Below are positions 13,905 through 25,839 of a DNA stretch of 64,000 bases, in pieces. How positions within the stretch are numbered: the stretch's first letter is position 1; each line of letters starts with the position of its first letter. This DNA comes from Octopus sinensis. Lineage: Eukaryota. The notes under the pieces are model-generated. The model saw nothing but the letters and a program-made list of their open reading frames with translations. It had not been told where the DNA came from and ran no database searches. The stretch spans positions 248,001 through 312,000 of the forward strand of contig NW_021831731.1 of assembly GCF_006345805.1 (NCBI RefSeq), written 5' to 3'. A program made the position numbers and the translations under genes.

Positions 13905-14090
13905 GTGGAAGCGCAATGGCCTAGTGGTTAGGGCAGCGGACTCGCAGTCGTAAGAACGCGGTTTCGATTCACAGACTGGGCATTGTGAGTGTTTATTGAG
14001 GAAAAACACCTAAGCTCCACGGAGGCGGGGTGAATCTCGCTGTACTCTTTCGTCACACACTTTCTCTCACTCTTTCTTCCTACTTCTGCC
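13905..14090 (+). mobile_element. tRNA-derived SINE, family D (5' part)
   Basis: A box TGGCCTAGTGG and B box GGTTTCGATTCAC. The sequence continues into a non-tRNA body. Confidence 0.75.
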
Positions 14091-14599
14091 AAAAAGCAGA
14101 GGAGCCATGGTGTAATCCACTATGGTGGGGGTAAGCTTTCAGACCCTAGTCTAGATTGCGAATTCTCTGTACCCCAGGATGGTTCAGCTCTCCACCCATT
14201 AAAAGCCACCGTTTACGGAATGAGGATAACGACGTAGCTTTCGCGCCCGTGCAACCGCCAGTCTATCGCGTGTGGAGGGTGGATCTTCAAGTTGTTACAC
14301 GCATTTTTAGTAGCTTAGAGTAGGCTCGAATTAGAGATTATTCTTTGTGGCTAATGGCGTGAGTTCTGATTGGAAGAAGAAGAAGAAGAAGAAGTGGTCA
14401 ACAACAACGACGACGACAACTACAACAACAACAACTGCAACAACACATTACTTAGTTACTTTACAAAATATTTGTTTTTAAATAATATTTAATCCATCCA
14501 AAGAACTCAAATACATAAATATACGAAGTAATATATGTAAAATATTGGAAAAAATCATGGGTCATAGACTATACTTCTTAGGTGCTAAAAAAGAAAAAA

Positions 14600-15274
14600 A
14601 TATATATCTTCCCGAATAACTCTACTGATTTTGATGAATAAAGACACTGAAAATTGTATACATGAAATCATTAGAAATTTAAAACAAATGAAAATAATAG
14701 ATCTCCATAGTTATTAAGGGAGCCTACAATACCGAAGTTCATGATATCCTAATCTTATAGTAATTCTGCTTGTTCCTCCGTTACTCAGCCCGTCTGTAAC
14801 GCTCTTACGTGATTAGGAGGTTAGGGACGGGAGGGATGGGAGGGGAGGGATGAGAGAGGGATGGGATGGGTATGGGGATAATGAGGTGAGGTAGAGGTAG
14901 AGGTGATGGTGAGTGAAATGCATAATTTCTTTTGAACTAAATTTTTTTCCTCCGTTACTTAGCCTGTCTGCAACGCTTTTACGTAATTAGTTGAAGGGAA
15001 AAGAGCGAAGAGCGAAAGAAAATGAAGAGAGGCGAAGAGTGAGAAAGAAAGAGAGAGAGGACTATGTATTAAAATTGTGCATAAAGTATATAAAGTGTAT
15101 TAAGTAATCATCGTATTCTAATTTCCTTCACTTTTCAATGATTAGCACTTGAGAGACTAACTTTTGATACAGACACAACACAGGCTACGCTTTCAGATTT
15201 TTTGGATAAAGTTTTCAGAAACAACCCAATAAGTTTACCATTAATACCGTAAAATATACGCGGGCCCTGCTAGT
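14600..15274 (-). mobile_element. Non-autonomous Helitron-like element with an internal ~45-bp direct repeat
   Basis: The minus strand starts ACTAGCAGGGCCCGCG, similar to the ACTAGCAGTATCGCCCGGCG start at 49524. Internal repeats lie at ~14775 and ~14948. Confidence 0.4.
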
Positions 15275-15289
15275 TAAAAAATAACGCTA

Positions 15290-15715
15290 TCTTTTATCTT
15301 TTACTTGTTTCAGTCATTTGGTTGTGGCCATGCTGGGGCACCGCATGGAAGGCTTTAGACGAACAAATCGACCCCCAGAACTTATTTTTAAAAATCCTGG
15401 TACTTATCCTATCGGTCTCTTTTGTTGAACCGTTAAGTTACAGGGACGTAAACATACCGACCCATTTGTCAATCGGTGGTGAGACAAACACACACACATA
15501 TACACGCATACATACACGCATACACACACGCATACATACACGCATATATATATACATATATATACGACGGGCTTTCAATTTCAGTCTACCGTCTACCAGA
15601 TCCCCTCAGAGGGCTTGGGTTGGCCTGAGGTGATAATAGTAGACACTTCTCCAAGGATCTATGCAGTGGGACTGAACCCGGAACCATGTGGTCGGCAAGC
15701 AAGCTTCTTATCGTA
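15290..15715 (-). mobile_element. SINE family B, second copy
   Basis: Colinear with 5905-6302, with a different internal simple repeat (CATACACACG-type). Confidence 0.85.
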
Positions 15716-15738
15716 CGGCCCAAATAACTTTGCAGCTA

Positions 15739-17023
15739 CGAGGAGTGTTCATTAAAGATTCCCCTGACACACTTCCTTTCATTGCAGGAAACAGAATTTG
15801 TACATGTATAATCATATATGTCTCTTCATGCCACATTGTAAATTGCAGCTTTCCACACTAGTATTCGCTTGTCTTTTGCGGCTGCTGAAGTGGACTAAGG
15901 TGTTATAGTGGAGGCAGTTGAATGCAGATCAGTGATTAGGTTCGTATACTTGTAAGGTCGTACACCAAAAGAGACTCTCGATAAGATGAAAGAAGTTTAT
16001 GGCGAGGATACACAACCATACGACGTAGTCAAGCACTGGCATCGCCAGTTCAAATGTGATCGGCATTGGTGGAAACTGCTCTTATTCCTAGACGACTACA
16101 TTCCGTCATTGACGAAGATACCATCCATTAAATAAGCCGCCATTTTGGAGGATCGCCGCATAACTATTTGGCAACTAGCCCAAGAAGTGAAGATAAGTGT
16201 AGGGTCCATGGAAAAAATCTTTGACAACCATTTGCACATGCAGAAGTTGTTTGCACGATGGATTCCCCGGATACTCACATCTTTTCAAAAGCAGGAGCGA
16301 GTCAATTGCTCCCTGGCACTTTTGGCAATGTGCCAAGTAAACGAGGAGGGCTTTTTCGACAGACTTATCACACAGAATAAAACATGGATCCATCCTTATG
16401 ATCCTGAGACTGAAGTCCAGTCGAACAAACCGAAGAATGATAACTCACCATCTCCAAAGAAGGCTCGTGTCCAGACCTCAGTAAGCAAGATGATGCTCAA
16501 TCTTTTGGGACTGGTGCAGAGTAGTGATGATGGATTTTATAGCAAAGGATACCACAATTAACGGGCATTGTGCTTCTCTTCTGAAGAAATTGCAGAACGC
16601 CATCAACGCAGAAATGCGTGACATGCTGACCAAAGGAGTCCGCCTGCTTCCAGACAACGCCCCAGTTGACAATGTGCATATTGCCCAGATGAAAGCACAT
16701 TCCTGCGGTTATGAAATCCTTCCTCATCTCCCCTTACTCTCCTGACCTCGCACCATCTGACTTCCATCACTTTCCAACCATGAAGTCTTTTTTGAAAAAG
16801 AAGCACTTTTCAGATGAGGATGAACTTATTTCCAAGGCAAAGTCTTGGGTCCAGATGCAATCTACCGACTTCTACAGATGAGGTCTTCACAGCTGGATAA
16901 AGTGATGAGAGAAGTGTGTCACTATTGCAAGCGGGTATGTAGAGAACTAATAATTATGCCAAGTTTTATTTATATCAGTCCTTGGGAAGTAGATCAGGAG
17001 AAATCTTCTATGAACGCCCCTCG
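15739..17023 (+). mobile_element. Full-length mariner (Tc1/mariner, DD34D) with a pseudogenised transposase
   Basis: TIRs CGAGGAGTGTTCATTAAAGATT and (rc) CGAGGGGCGTTCATAGAAGATT, with TA on both flanks; 1285 bp. Motifs ARWIPR, ITQNKTW, DNAP and YSPDLAPSD, with 34 residues between the last two Ds. Stops and frameshifts are present. Confidence 0.93.
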
Positions 17024-17271
17024 TAGTTTCGCACCGGTACACAACGCTAATTTTTAATTATAAATGCCAAATAGTATATCTTGTCATGGGCATCCCGAAC
17101 TGTTCTCCAGCTTCACCCATTTTATTGTTATTCTACACAACAGATTTAATTGTTTAAATGCAATTGTGTAAGTATCAAGTTTTGGTGGTGATATGTATTT
17201 ATATATCTCATCTAATATTTACTAATGACAAGAAATTGTTTGAAACTTTTCTTAAACGTTAGAAGATATTT

Positions 17272-17632
17272 TGGCACAAGGCCAACAATTGCGAGGCAGG
17301 GGGTAAGTCGATTACATCAGTTCTAGTGCTCTACCGGTATTATTTTATAGATCCCGAAAAGGATGAAAGGCAAAGTCGACCTCGGCGGAATTTGGCCTCA
17401 GAACGTACTGACGGACGAAATGCCGTTAAGCATTTTGCCCGATGTGCTAAAGATTCTGCCAGCTCACCACCCTTAACGTTAGAAAATATTGGTTTCAGGT
17501 ATTGGGACAAGGACAACAAGTTCGAGGGAGGGAGTAAGTCGATTACATCAGCCCCAGTCTTCAACGGGTGCTCATTTATTCGACCCCGAAAGGATAAAAG
17601 ACAAAGTCGGCGGAATTTGAACACAGAACGTA
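17272..17632 (-). mobile_element. Two adjacent SINE family A copies (17272-17473, 17495-17632)
   Basis: Match to the family A consensus seen elsewhere in the window. Confidence 0.85.
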
Positions 17633-19314
17633 AAGAAAAGACTTAACCAAAGTTCCCCAGTGAGAACGTTAGAAAATGCTAATAATAATAAAAAGAAGCC
17701 ATACACAGATCTAATAACTGTGATAAAGTAGGCAAACAAATATGATCGACAAGTTAATCCAACCAAACTAAGTTCACTTCTATAATCCATAGCTTATTAA
17801 TTATCAATGATGAAATATATATATAATACATAAAGTATTAACGCAACGAAACGAAAATAAATCACTATAATATTCTCGTTATCTAACTTCAGTTAAATTA
17901 GAAATGGGAAATATACCTCAAAAAACATAATTAAAAGAATACCCTGAACATGGTACGGTATTAAAGTTATATAAGAATGTTACCACTGATTAACATAAAA
18001 ATAGTGAAGATTGGGAGTTATAAATTCTGAAGCTATATACGGTTTATCTTAAAGCTATTGAAAAACTTCACCAAATAGGAAGAAATATATTGGGTTGCTT
18101 CATCTTTTGTCGTAAAATAGATATTTTTCATGAATCAAGATTAACTCTTCTCGTTAACAGAAGTATCTACGAAGCGCAACCTGCTAACTCAGCAGTATAA
18201 ACACAAAAGAAAGCATTATAACATCTCATGGGATTGAAAAGTTAAAAAAAATATTTAAATGATAATAAAAGTATCAAAAGATGAACCAAAAGAGTGTCAT
18301 AACAATATTGTTCCATCAGATTATTTTAACAACTGAGGCAGGTATACAAACGGGATACATTCAGATAGTGGTGTAGGGTATGGTGCACCTTGGAATTTTA
18401 AAAAAAACGATATTAAAGATACGAAGTTAAGACTACATCTCGATTTTACAATATATGAGGCAGAGTGATAATATCTTTAGATTCTGCTAAAGAATTATCC
18501 TGGGAAACTGGCTTCCTTTTTATTGAGTGTTTATCGAATCTAGAATTATTTCAATAAAAAAAAAACGAGGTCGAGCTTAAAAATTGAGAGCATCCTGTTT
18601 AAGATTGATAATTATATACTTGAAAATAACAAATAACAAAAATTTGAATAGCAGGCCTTACTGATGTAAATGAAAATATAAAAAGTAGATGAATAAGCAA
18701 AAATAACTACAAAAACAGCTAAAAATATTGTATACGAAATACATCAAAAGTTAGTATAAAACGTTGTCAAGGGTGGAAAAATATTGGGAAGGATAAAGCT
18801 GTAAACTATCAAACATTAACCCTCCATTATTTCAAAAAGATTTCACGTATAAAACCAAACAGATATTGAACAATGTTAATAAACAAAGGTACTGTTGACT
18901 ACGAACGGGCCATATTCCTTGTCACGAATGGAATCATCTCTATGGTCTTTTGAAGAATATGCAGAAATAATATGGCATTGTTTGTTGCAAAGCAAAAGCT
19001 ATTAATCTATGTGTGTGTGAGAGAGAAAGAGAGAGGGAAGGAGAGATAGAGAGAAAGAGAGAGAGAGAGTGTGGAGGAGGATATTTCGAAAACTGTTTTC
19101 AAATGGTTACCAAGGCTGGAGGTTAAAATTATTCTCAAGGATCTACTAATCATAAATAAGATCTTCCAATTCATAGAGATTATAAACAAATTTAACAACA
19201 TAAACATTTAGTTGCTCTTTGTATTTTCTTTTTGACTTTCTTTTTCCTGTTCTTAAAAGTAAAGGGGCATTAGATACCTTTTTAAAATCTGTCCTGGTTT
19301 TTCGGTTTCACACA

Positions 19315-19500
19315 TCATCATCATCATTGTTCGACCGTGGTCGAGACAATGGAATTTACCATGCTACGCCAGACTTCACGGTTCATCATGGCATTACGGA
19401 GGTCCTGTTGCTGGATGCCTGTATCCCTGGAGATTACATCAGGGTAGGAGAGTGTGCGCCCTCTGGTATTGCGAGTAGATGGCTCTCTGGTATTTCACAC
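19315..19500 (-). mobile_element. RTE-clade LINE 3' end
   Basis: The minus strand reads STRNTRGRTLSYPDVISRDTGIQQQDLRNAMMNREVWRSMVNSIVSTTVEQ* followed by a (TGA)n tail. Confidence 0.75.
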
Positions 19501-20284
19501 ATACGCTTCCATTGACTAAATAATAGATGAATAAATGAAAAATAACTAGGAATATGATCCCCCATTTCAATCTTAACTAACGTAGAGGGTTGACCTAAGG
19601 TATTTTTCCCTGGTGTTCATAGCTATTTTAACTTAACCATCACCACACTTATTTGGCAGATAAGTTTTTTAAGTGGACTTTACAACCAGCTTTACCACTC
19701 AACTTGCAATTCATACTTTATAATCGATGTCCTTTCATTAAAATATTTTATCTTATCAACTCTAAGTCTTATCAATCAATCATTAATTCAAAACTGTCTG
19801 GAAACAACCCTTTTGACACATCTATATCGCTGCAAGAATCAATGTTTTGCTTATCGAATTGAGCAATATAGCTTGTAATAAATTTTGATTGAAATAATAT
19901 AAAGTTTCGGGATTTGTAATGCAAATTTCAGATTTAAATAGGAATATTACTTTATTCTGTAGAAAGTATATTCATATGTTTTGATAAAAATATGAATATA
20001 AATAGATAAATAGATAAATGAATTGAATATATAGATATAAGAGATCGATCTATCTATTGATAGATTTATTAATACAAATTTAAAGTAAAGTGAACAGATG
20101 TAGTATAATGACTATCTTGAATATTTCAACCATATCATCTGATCTAATATGCTATTTATACCAGGCCATTATACAGGCAATAAACCTAAAGCAGAGAACT
20201 AAGTTAACTGACATATACTTCGAGATATAACAAAAGACTGAAGAACGAGACTCAAAAACTGTTTCATTCATAACAATTTTTGCA

Positions 20285-20285
<1 letters not shown>

Positions 20286-20348
<63 letters not shown>

Positions 20349-20358
20349 CTACTGAATG

Positions 20359-20396
<38 letters not shown>

Positions 20397-20747
20397 CATG
20401 AGCAGAAGTACTGGGGGAGCACCATAGCCGTGTGTTGAAAGGAATTCTTGGAGGTTTGGATAATTCACCTGCAGAAACATGGGTGGTTCGTTCAACATCC
20501 TTAAACAATCCTTATTCAGAGACCTTTTGAGCGGGATGGGCTACTCGACCAGACAAAAATTCTAACTGGGCCCTACCTGCAAGGTCATGTGCTGTTTATC
20601 TTGATATGAGATCACCATGTTGTGCACATATGGTTGTGATGCATGTGTCTGGTGTGCCCTTATCAGACAGGTAGTCATGATAGGTATACTAGGCTTCGTA
20701 TATTTTACCCCAGTGTCACTTTGATGGCAAGCACTGCTCTCTCACTC

Positions 20748-20806
<59 letters not shown>

Positions 20807-20812
20807 TAATAA
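20286..20812 (+). mobile_element. (AAT)n array containing a ~350-bp non-coding insert (20396-20747) and a 16-nt R4/Dong 3' terminus (20342-20357)
   Basis: The insert is flanked by AAT repeats on both sides. AATAAAACTACTGAAT equals the end of the element at 34787-34802. Confidence 0.6.
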
Positions 20813-21019
20813 TCATTTCTAGTGGAAGCACAAGACCTCATATTTGGGGAAAGGGATTAAGTCAACTACATCAACCCCAGTGCGTAACTGGTGCTTATAT
20901 AATCGACCCCGAAAGGATGAAAGGTAAAGTCGACTTCGGCGGAATTTGAACTCAGAACGGACGAAATACCGCTAAACATTTCACCCGGCGCGCTAACGAT
21001 TCTGCCGGCTTGCCGCCTT
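20812..21019 (-). mobile_element. SINE family A, full monomer
   Basis: Minus-strand head AAGGCGGCAAGCCGGCAGAATCG (A box) and GAGTTCAAATTCC (B box). Flanked by ATT repeats. Confidence 0.9.
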
Positions 21020-21026
21020 AGTAGCT

Positions 21027-21088
<62 letters not shown>

Positions 21089-21094
<6 letters not shown>

Positions 21095-21677
21095 TAATTG
21101 GCCACAAGGGCCTAAGACATGGAGGACAATATCAAAGGACGAGATACAACACACAAAGCCAATGGGATTTACATCGATCAAAGGGAAACACTACAACAAT
21201 AAGGATGTAAGAAAAGGGATATATAAATAGAAATTAGACAAGTAAATAATTAATAAATAGAACCCTCAATAGCGGAGTAGTCCACTTAAAGTAATTCGGA
21301 ATAACTCCCCACAAAAAGTCCCGGATTACTCTGCTCTCCACAAGGCAGTTTCTTTCCTTCTACATAGAAAAGCATACTCGGAGTAGAGAAGATCCATTCA
21401 GCCTCACTGGTCTTTCAAATCTTGTTCACTTTTTTATAAATACACTAGAACACAGCACGTCGTACTCAACCTCCACCTTCCTCTTCAAATTATATTTGAA
21501 GAAATTTATGAGCGCTTGACCAGATAGGAAAGTACCTGCTTTCAGACCTTTCAGACGGGTTCACCACACAGTCTATTTTGCCGTAACTACTAAGTAGAAA
21601 AAAACACCTGCCTCCTTTCTCTGCTAAAGGAAGGCGGTGCGTCAATCTTCACTATACACTCGATGCAGCTGGAATCG
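21089..21677 (-). mobile_element. L1/Tx1-clade LINE 3' fragment with 3' UTR and (ATT)n tail
   Basis: Translation ...VFFYLVVTAK*TVW*TRLKGLKAGTFLSGQALINFFKYNLKRKVEVE... (Tx1-like ORF2 C-terminus). The 3' end GGCCCTTGTGGCCAATTAAGGAAA is followed by ATT repeats. Confidence 0.75.
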
Positions 21678-21725
<48 letters not shown>

Positions 21726-21787
21726 TACTACTACTACTACTACTACTACTACTAATAATAATAATAATAATGATAATAATAATGATA

Positions 21788-22180
21788 ATCCTTTCTACTA
21801 AAGGTACAAGACCTTAAATTTGCGGGGTGGTGACTAGTTGATTACATAGCCCACAGTGTTTCAATGGTATTTAATGAATGTCAAAGTCGACCTCGGCAGA
21901 ATTTGGACTCAGAACATGAAATGGACGAAATACCTATTTCTTTACTACCCACAAAGGGCTAAACACAGAGAGGACAAACAACGACAGACAAACAACGACA
22001 GACAAACGGATTAAGTCGATTATATCGACCCAAGTGCATAACTGGTACTTATTTAATCGACTCCGAAAGGATGAAAGGCAAAGTCGACCTCGGCGGAATT
22101 TGAACTCAGAACGTAACGGCAGACGAAATACCGCTACGCATTTCGCCTGGTGTGCTAATGATTCTGCCAGCTCACCGTCA
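21788..22180 (-). mobile_element. SINE family A dimer (Tx1-tailed unit plus a 5'-truncated unit)
   Basis: Junction GACGAAATACC|TATTTCTTTACTAC at 21934/21935. Confidence 0.85.
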
Positions 22181-22234
22181 TAACAACAGCAACAACAGCA
22201 GCAACAACAATAACAGCAACAACAACAGTACAAA

Positions 22235-22653
22235 GAGCAAAAATGTGGTATGATAAAACCCAGAAGGAATCATTGAGAATGAAAATTGCAAAATCCCGTG
22301 TGATGCATTGATTCAGTTCGATCACCTGACCAGACATCGGAAACCGGACATTGTTGTGGTGAATAAAAAGAAAGACGTTGCATGATAATCGACATAACAT
22401 GACCCGGTAGCAACAGAATGAAAGAGAAAGAAGAAAAAGGGAACAAGGACGATGATTTGAAGTGAGAAATACAAAGATTATGGTCAATGACGAGAGTAGA
22501 CGTGATACCAATAGTAACTGACGCACTTGAAGTATCAACACTCAACTACCAACATGGTTGAAAAAGATTGGTACAAATGTAAGGATAGAACACCAACAAA
22601 AATCAACATTGCTTGGAGCTGCAAGAATTCTTCGCAAGGTTTCAGAAGCATGA
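22235..22653 (+). mobile_element. R4/Dong-like retroelement, restriction-like endonuclease fragment (decayed)
   Basis: EGIIENENCKI...RHRKPDIVVVNKK...MIID...LWSMTRVDVIPIV...KSTLLGAARILRKV. Confidence 0.85.
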
Positions 22654-23172
22654 TCAGTAAATATGTAGAAAGCTAGGATTTGAACATACTGATAAATAGT
22701 ATGTATATGAACCTAGTAAAGTACTAGAAAATAAGAAATATGAGATGTTGTGGGACTTATATTCAGACTGACAAAGTAATAGAAGCTAGAACGCCTGATT
22801 TAGTAGTAGTACACAAAGAGAATAGAAAGTGGTAGATAAATGACTTTACAGTCCCAAATGGTGGAAAAAAATCAGTATGGGAGGTATAGAAAAAATAGCA
22901 AAGTACCCGAGCTATCTATTGAATTACAGAGACTATAGAAAGTGCGAGAAAAATACATCCCAGTAGTTATAGGCGCATTAGGAACTATTCCCAAAGATTT
23001 GAACAGATGGATAGAGGAAACAGGCATAAAACCCAGTTTAGTACAGCTCCAAAAAACAACGTTATTAGGGACAGCTAGAATACTTAGGAGAGTTCTTGGC
23101 ATCTAAGGTTACTTGTTGCAGTCCGCTGTTAGAGATTTTTCGTTTCCAACAATGTATCCTATTATGTGTATG
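22654..23172 (+). mobile_element. R4/Dong-like retroelement 3' fragment ending in (TAA)n
   Basis: KVLENKKYEMLWD...IEARTPDLVVV...IPVVIGALGTIPK...LQKTTLLGTARILRRVLGI*, then a short UTR and the AAT array at 23172-23278. Confidence 0.88.
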
Positions 23173-23277
<105 letters not shown>

Positions 23278-23279
23278 TG

Positions 23280-23456
23280 ATGTTTTCAAATTTGGGAACA
23301 AGGCCAGCAAGTTCGGGAGAAGGGTAAGTCGATTACATCGACCCCAGTGGTCATCTGCTACCTATTTCATCGACCTCGGCAGAATAAGAACTCAGAAGGT
23401 AAAAACGGTCGAAATGCCGTGAAGCATTTTGCCCGGCGTGCTAACGATTCTACCAG
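23280..23456 (-). mobile_element. SINE family A copy (internally deleted)
   Basis: Match to family A. Confidence 0.8.
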
Positions 23457-23823
23457 GATGAGGAGGACGACGATGATGGTGGTGATGATAACACATCAGA
23501 CGCACCACACAAAATTTAGAATTGTTGTACACTAGTTTGTTATTTATGTAGAAGACCTTAGATTAAAAGGCAAGAGAAATGCGATGCCTTGATGCATTTC
23601 TTTTCAAGAGAAATGGTTGCACTTAAAGACAGGAACTGGTTCGCAGATCAACTTGTACATTACGGCAGAATGTAAGAGTAGTGTCACAATATTATTCAGA
23701 TGTACATTACATAAATTTTGAAAGCCATCAATGATTAAACGCCTGTACGCAGATCGAGGTTCTTGAGTGAGACATGAATAAATAACTCCTATATAAGGTA
23801 TTATTCTGGTGTATGTGTGCGTG

Positions 23824-23860
<37 letters not shown>

Positions 23861-23867
23861 TTTTTTT

Positions 23868-24280
23868 CTTTTCTGCTCTAGGCATAAGGACCGAAATTTT
23901 GAGGGAGGGGCGAGTCGATTAGATCGACTCCAGTACGCAACTGTTACTTAATTTATCGACCCCGAAATGAAGAAAGAAGCAAATTCGACCTCGGCGGAAT
24001 TTGAACTCAGAACGTAACGACAGACGAAATACCTATTTCTTTACTACTCACAAGGGGCTAAACACAGAGGGGGCAAACAAGGACAGACAAACAAGGACAG
24101 ACAAACGGATTAAGTCGATTACATCGACACCAATGCGTAACTGGTATTTAATTTATCGACACCGAAATGATGAAAGGCAAAGTCGACCTCGGCGGAATTT
24201 GAACTCAGAACGTAACGGCAGACGAAATACGGCTACACATTTCGCCCGGCGTGCTAAAGTTTCTGCCAGCTCGCCGCCCT
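23868..24280 (-). mobile_element. SINE family A dimer
   Basis: Same junction, at 24033/24034. The head GGGCGGCGAGCTGGCAGAA ends at ~24280. Confidence 0.88.
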
Positions 24281-24570
24281 ATATATATACGCACGCGCAC
24301 CTTCATTTTGGGATCACCACTACTTTATTATCTCCCCTTCTTCCTAGCTCTCCTGTGTGACTCTTCTGTACGGCATTCGCCATGACAGATCGCTAGCTAT
24401 TACACATTCTTCATTTTCTCTCCTTGTTTCTTTCCGTGTTCCTTTCTGTAGAAGAGCGTAGGCTCGAAACGTTAAAGACTTTTTCACTTCCCGAGCGTTA
24501 AACTAAAGCATCTGTTTGATGTCTACACCACCTGTCTTCGTCTTTTGTTTCTTTTTGAATTCTCCCTATA
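24281..24570 (+). mobile_element. Probable Penelope-like element terminal repeat, bounded by TA repeats
   Basis: About 150 bp are near-identical to 61655-61815. Contains a hammerhead-like CTGTAGAAGAGCGTAGGCTCGAAACGTT and ends in (TA)n. Confidence 0.5.
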
Positions 24571-24621
<51 letters not shown>

Positions 24622-25839
24622 TATATATATAACGTCATATAAATATGGCTGTTCGATGTTACTATCGCTTTAACCTCCGGAAGAGCCGCTATAGATAGCA
24701 GGAATTCGCTCCAGCTCGCAATGTATAGAAAACCATGCGGCAATCAGTCACTGATCTTGCAACAAAGAAAGTAGCTTGTTAGAACTGAATTATTTAATAC
24801 AGTTTTATATTAGATATGTTTGTTTTATTTCGAACTTGTGTAATTTGAAATAGATACAACGATTGCTCTCTCTCTTTTTAAGTACACATTTATAAAAAAA
24901 TTAATTTATCTATTTATCTATTTACACCTAAAAGTGTCGTGTCCAAAGAGACAGCGAAATACCTACAGGGATTTAGAACTAGAGATTACCCTTTCCAATA
25001 ATCACCTTCATTATTTCAGGTTTGAAAAATAATATTTCGATCAGGCGAAAAGAAATGATTTTGTTTTTGGTTTTTAAAGTCTGAGATTTCTTTACACTTG
25101 TTGGCAGATCATACCATGCTTTAGGGCTATAATTTTCTGACCAAATAATAAAACGATTTTCTGGCAAAAAAATGAAAGAGATTAATCAAGTGAAAAGAAG
25201 CCGTAGCATTACTATATTTTGTTGGTTAGGACAGAATTCTTAAGAATATGCACTATTTTAATACCAGTCAATGTAGAATGTAAAAACAAATTCCTGCTTA
25301 CAGATGTGAACGAAATACATAAATAACTTCATGTGGCAAATAGTAAATTGGAAATTTTGATAGATTACAGACAAATTGTCTAGATAATTATCGAGGTAAA
25401 TTATTTTTACAATTCTCAACATTATTTGTTTTTGATCATTATGATCTTGCATTAAGTAGCTTCCAAATGTATGCATATATAATGTATATATGCAAGAGCA
25501 TTTTATATATGTGTGTATGTTTGCAGATATGTATGAATATATTTACGTATGTATGCTCATACGCATACCCTCGCATTTACAGGCACACGAATATACACAT
25601 ATAAAACCAAGTCGCTCGTGGGTGGTAACATGCATCTCAGTACACGCAGTTATAGAGTCGGGTCACCTGCAATTAAACCGGCAACCTCACCAGGCTGACC
25701 TGGTGAGAAGGGTTGCTAGAATCCCTTTAGAACAAAAGCAACACCTGTTAAGATGAAGGATGAAATCAGCGCAGGGCAATGACTGTATAAAGTTAGCTCA
25801 GAATATATTCCTCTCGTCAGAATATAATGCGGATGAAGG

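Noticed and set aside
13905-13975. tRNA-like sequences (also at ~6230-6302 and ~13130-13202)
   Set aside because: They have A/B boxes but no complete cloverleaf, and they continue into SINE bodies. These are SINE heads, not tRNA genes.
23598-23670. Possible plus-strand exon EMVALKDRNWFADQLVHYGR
   Set aside because: The AAG acceptor is weak and no partner exons were found.
25686-25707. Perfect 9-bp hairpin CTCACCAGG-CTGA-CCTGGTGAG
   Set aside because: It is a single short hairpin in unclassified repeat-like DNA, with no supporting context.
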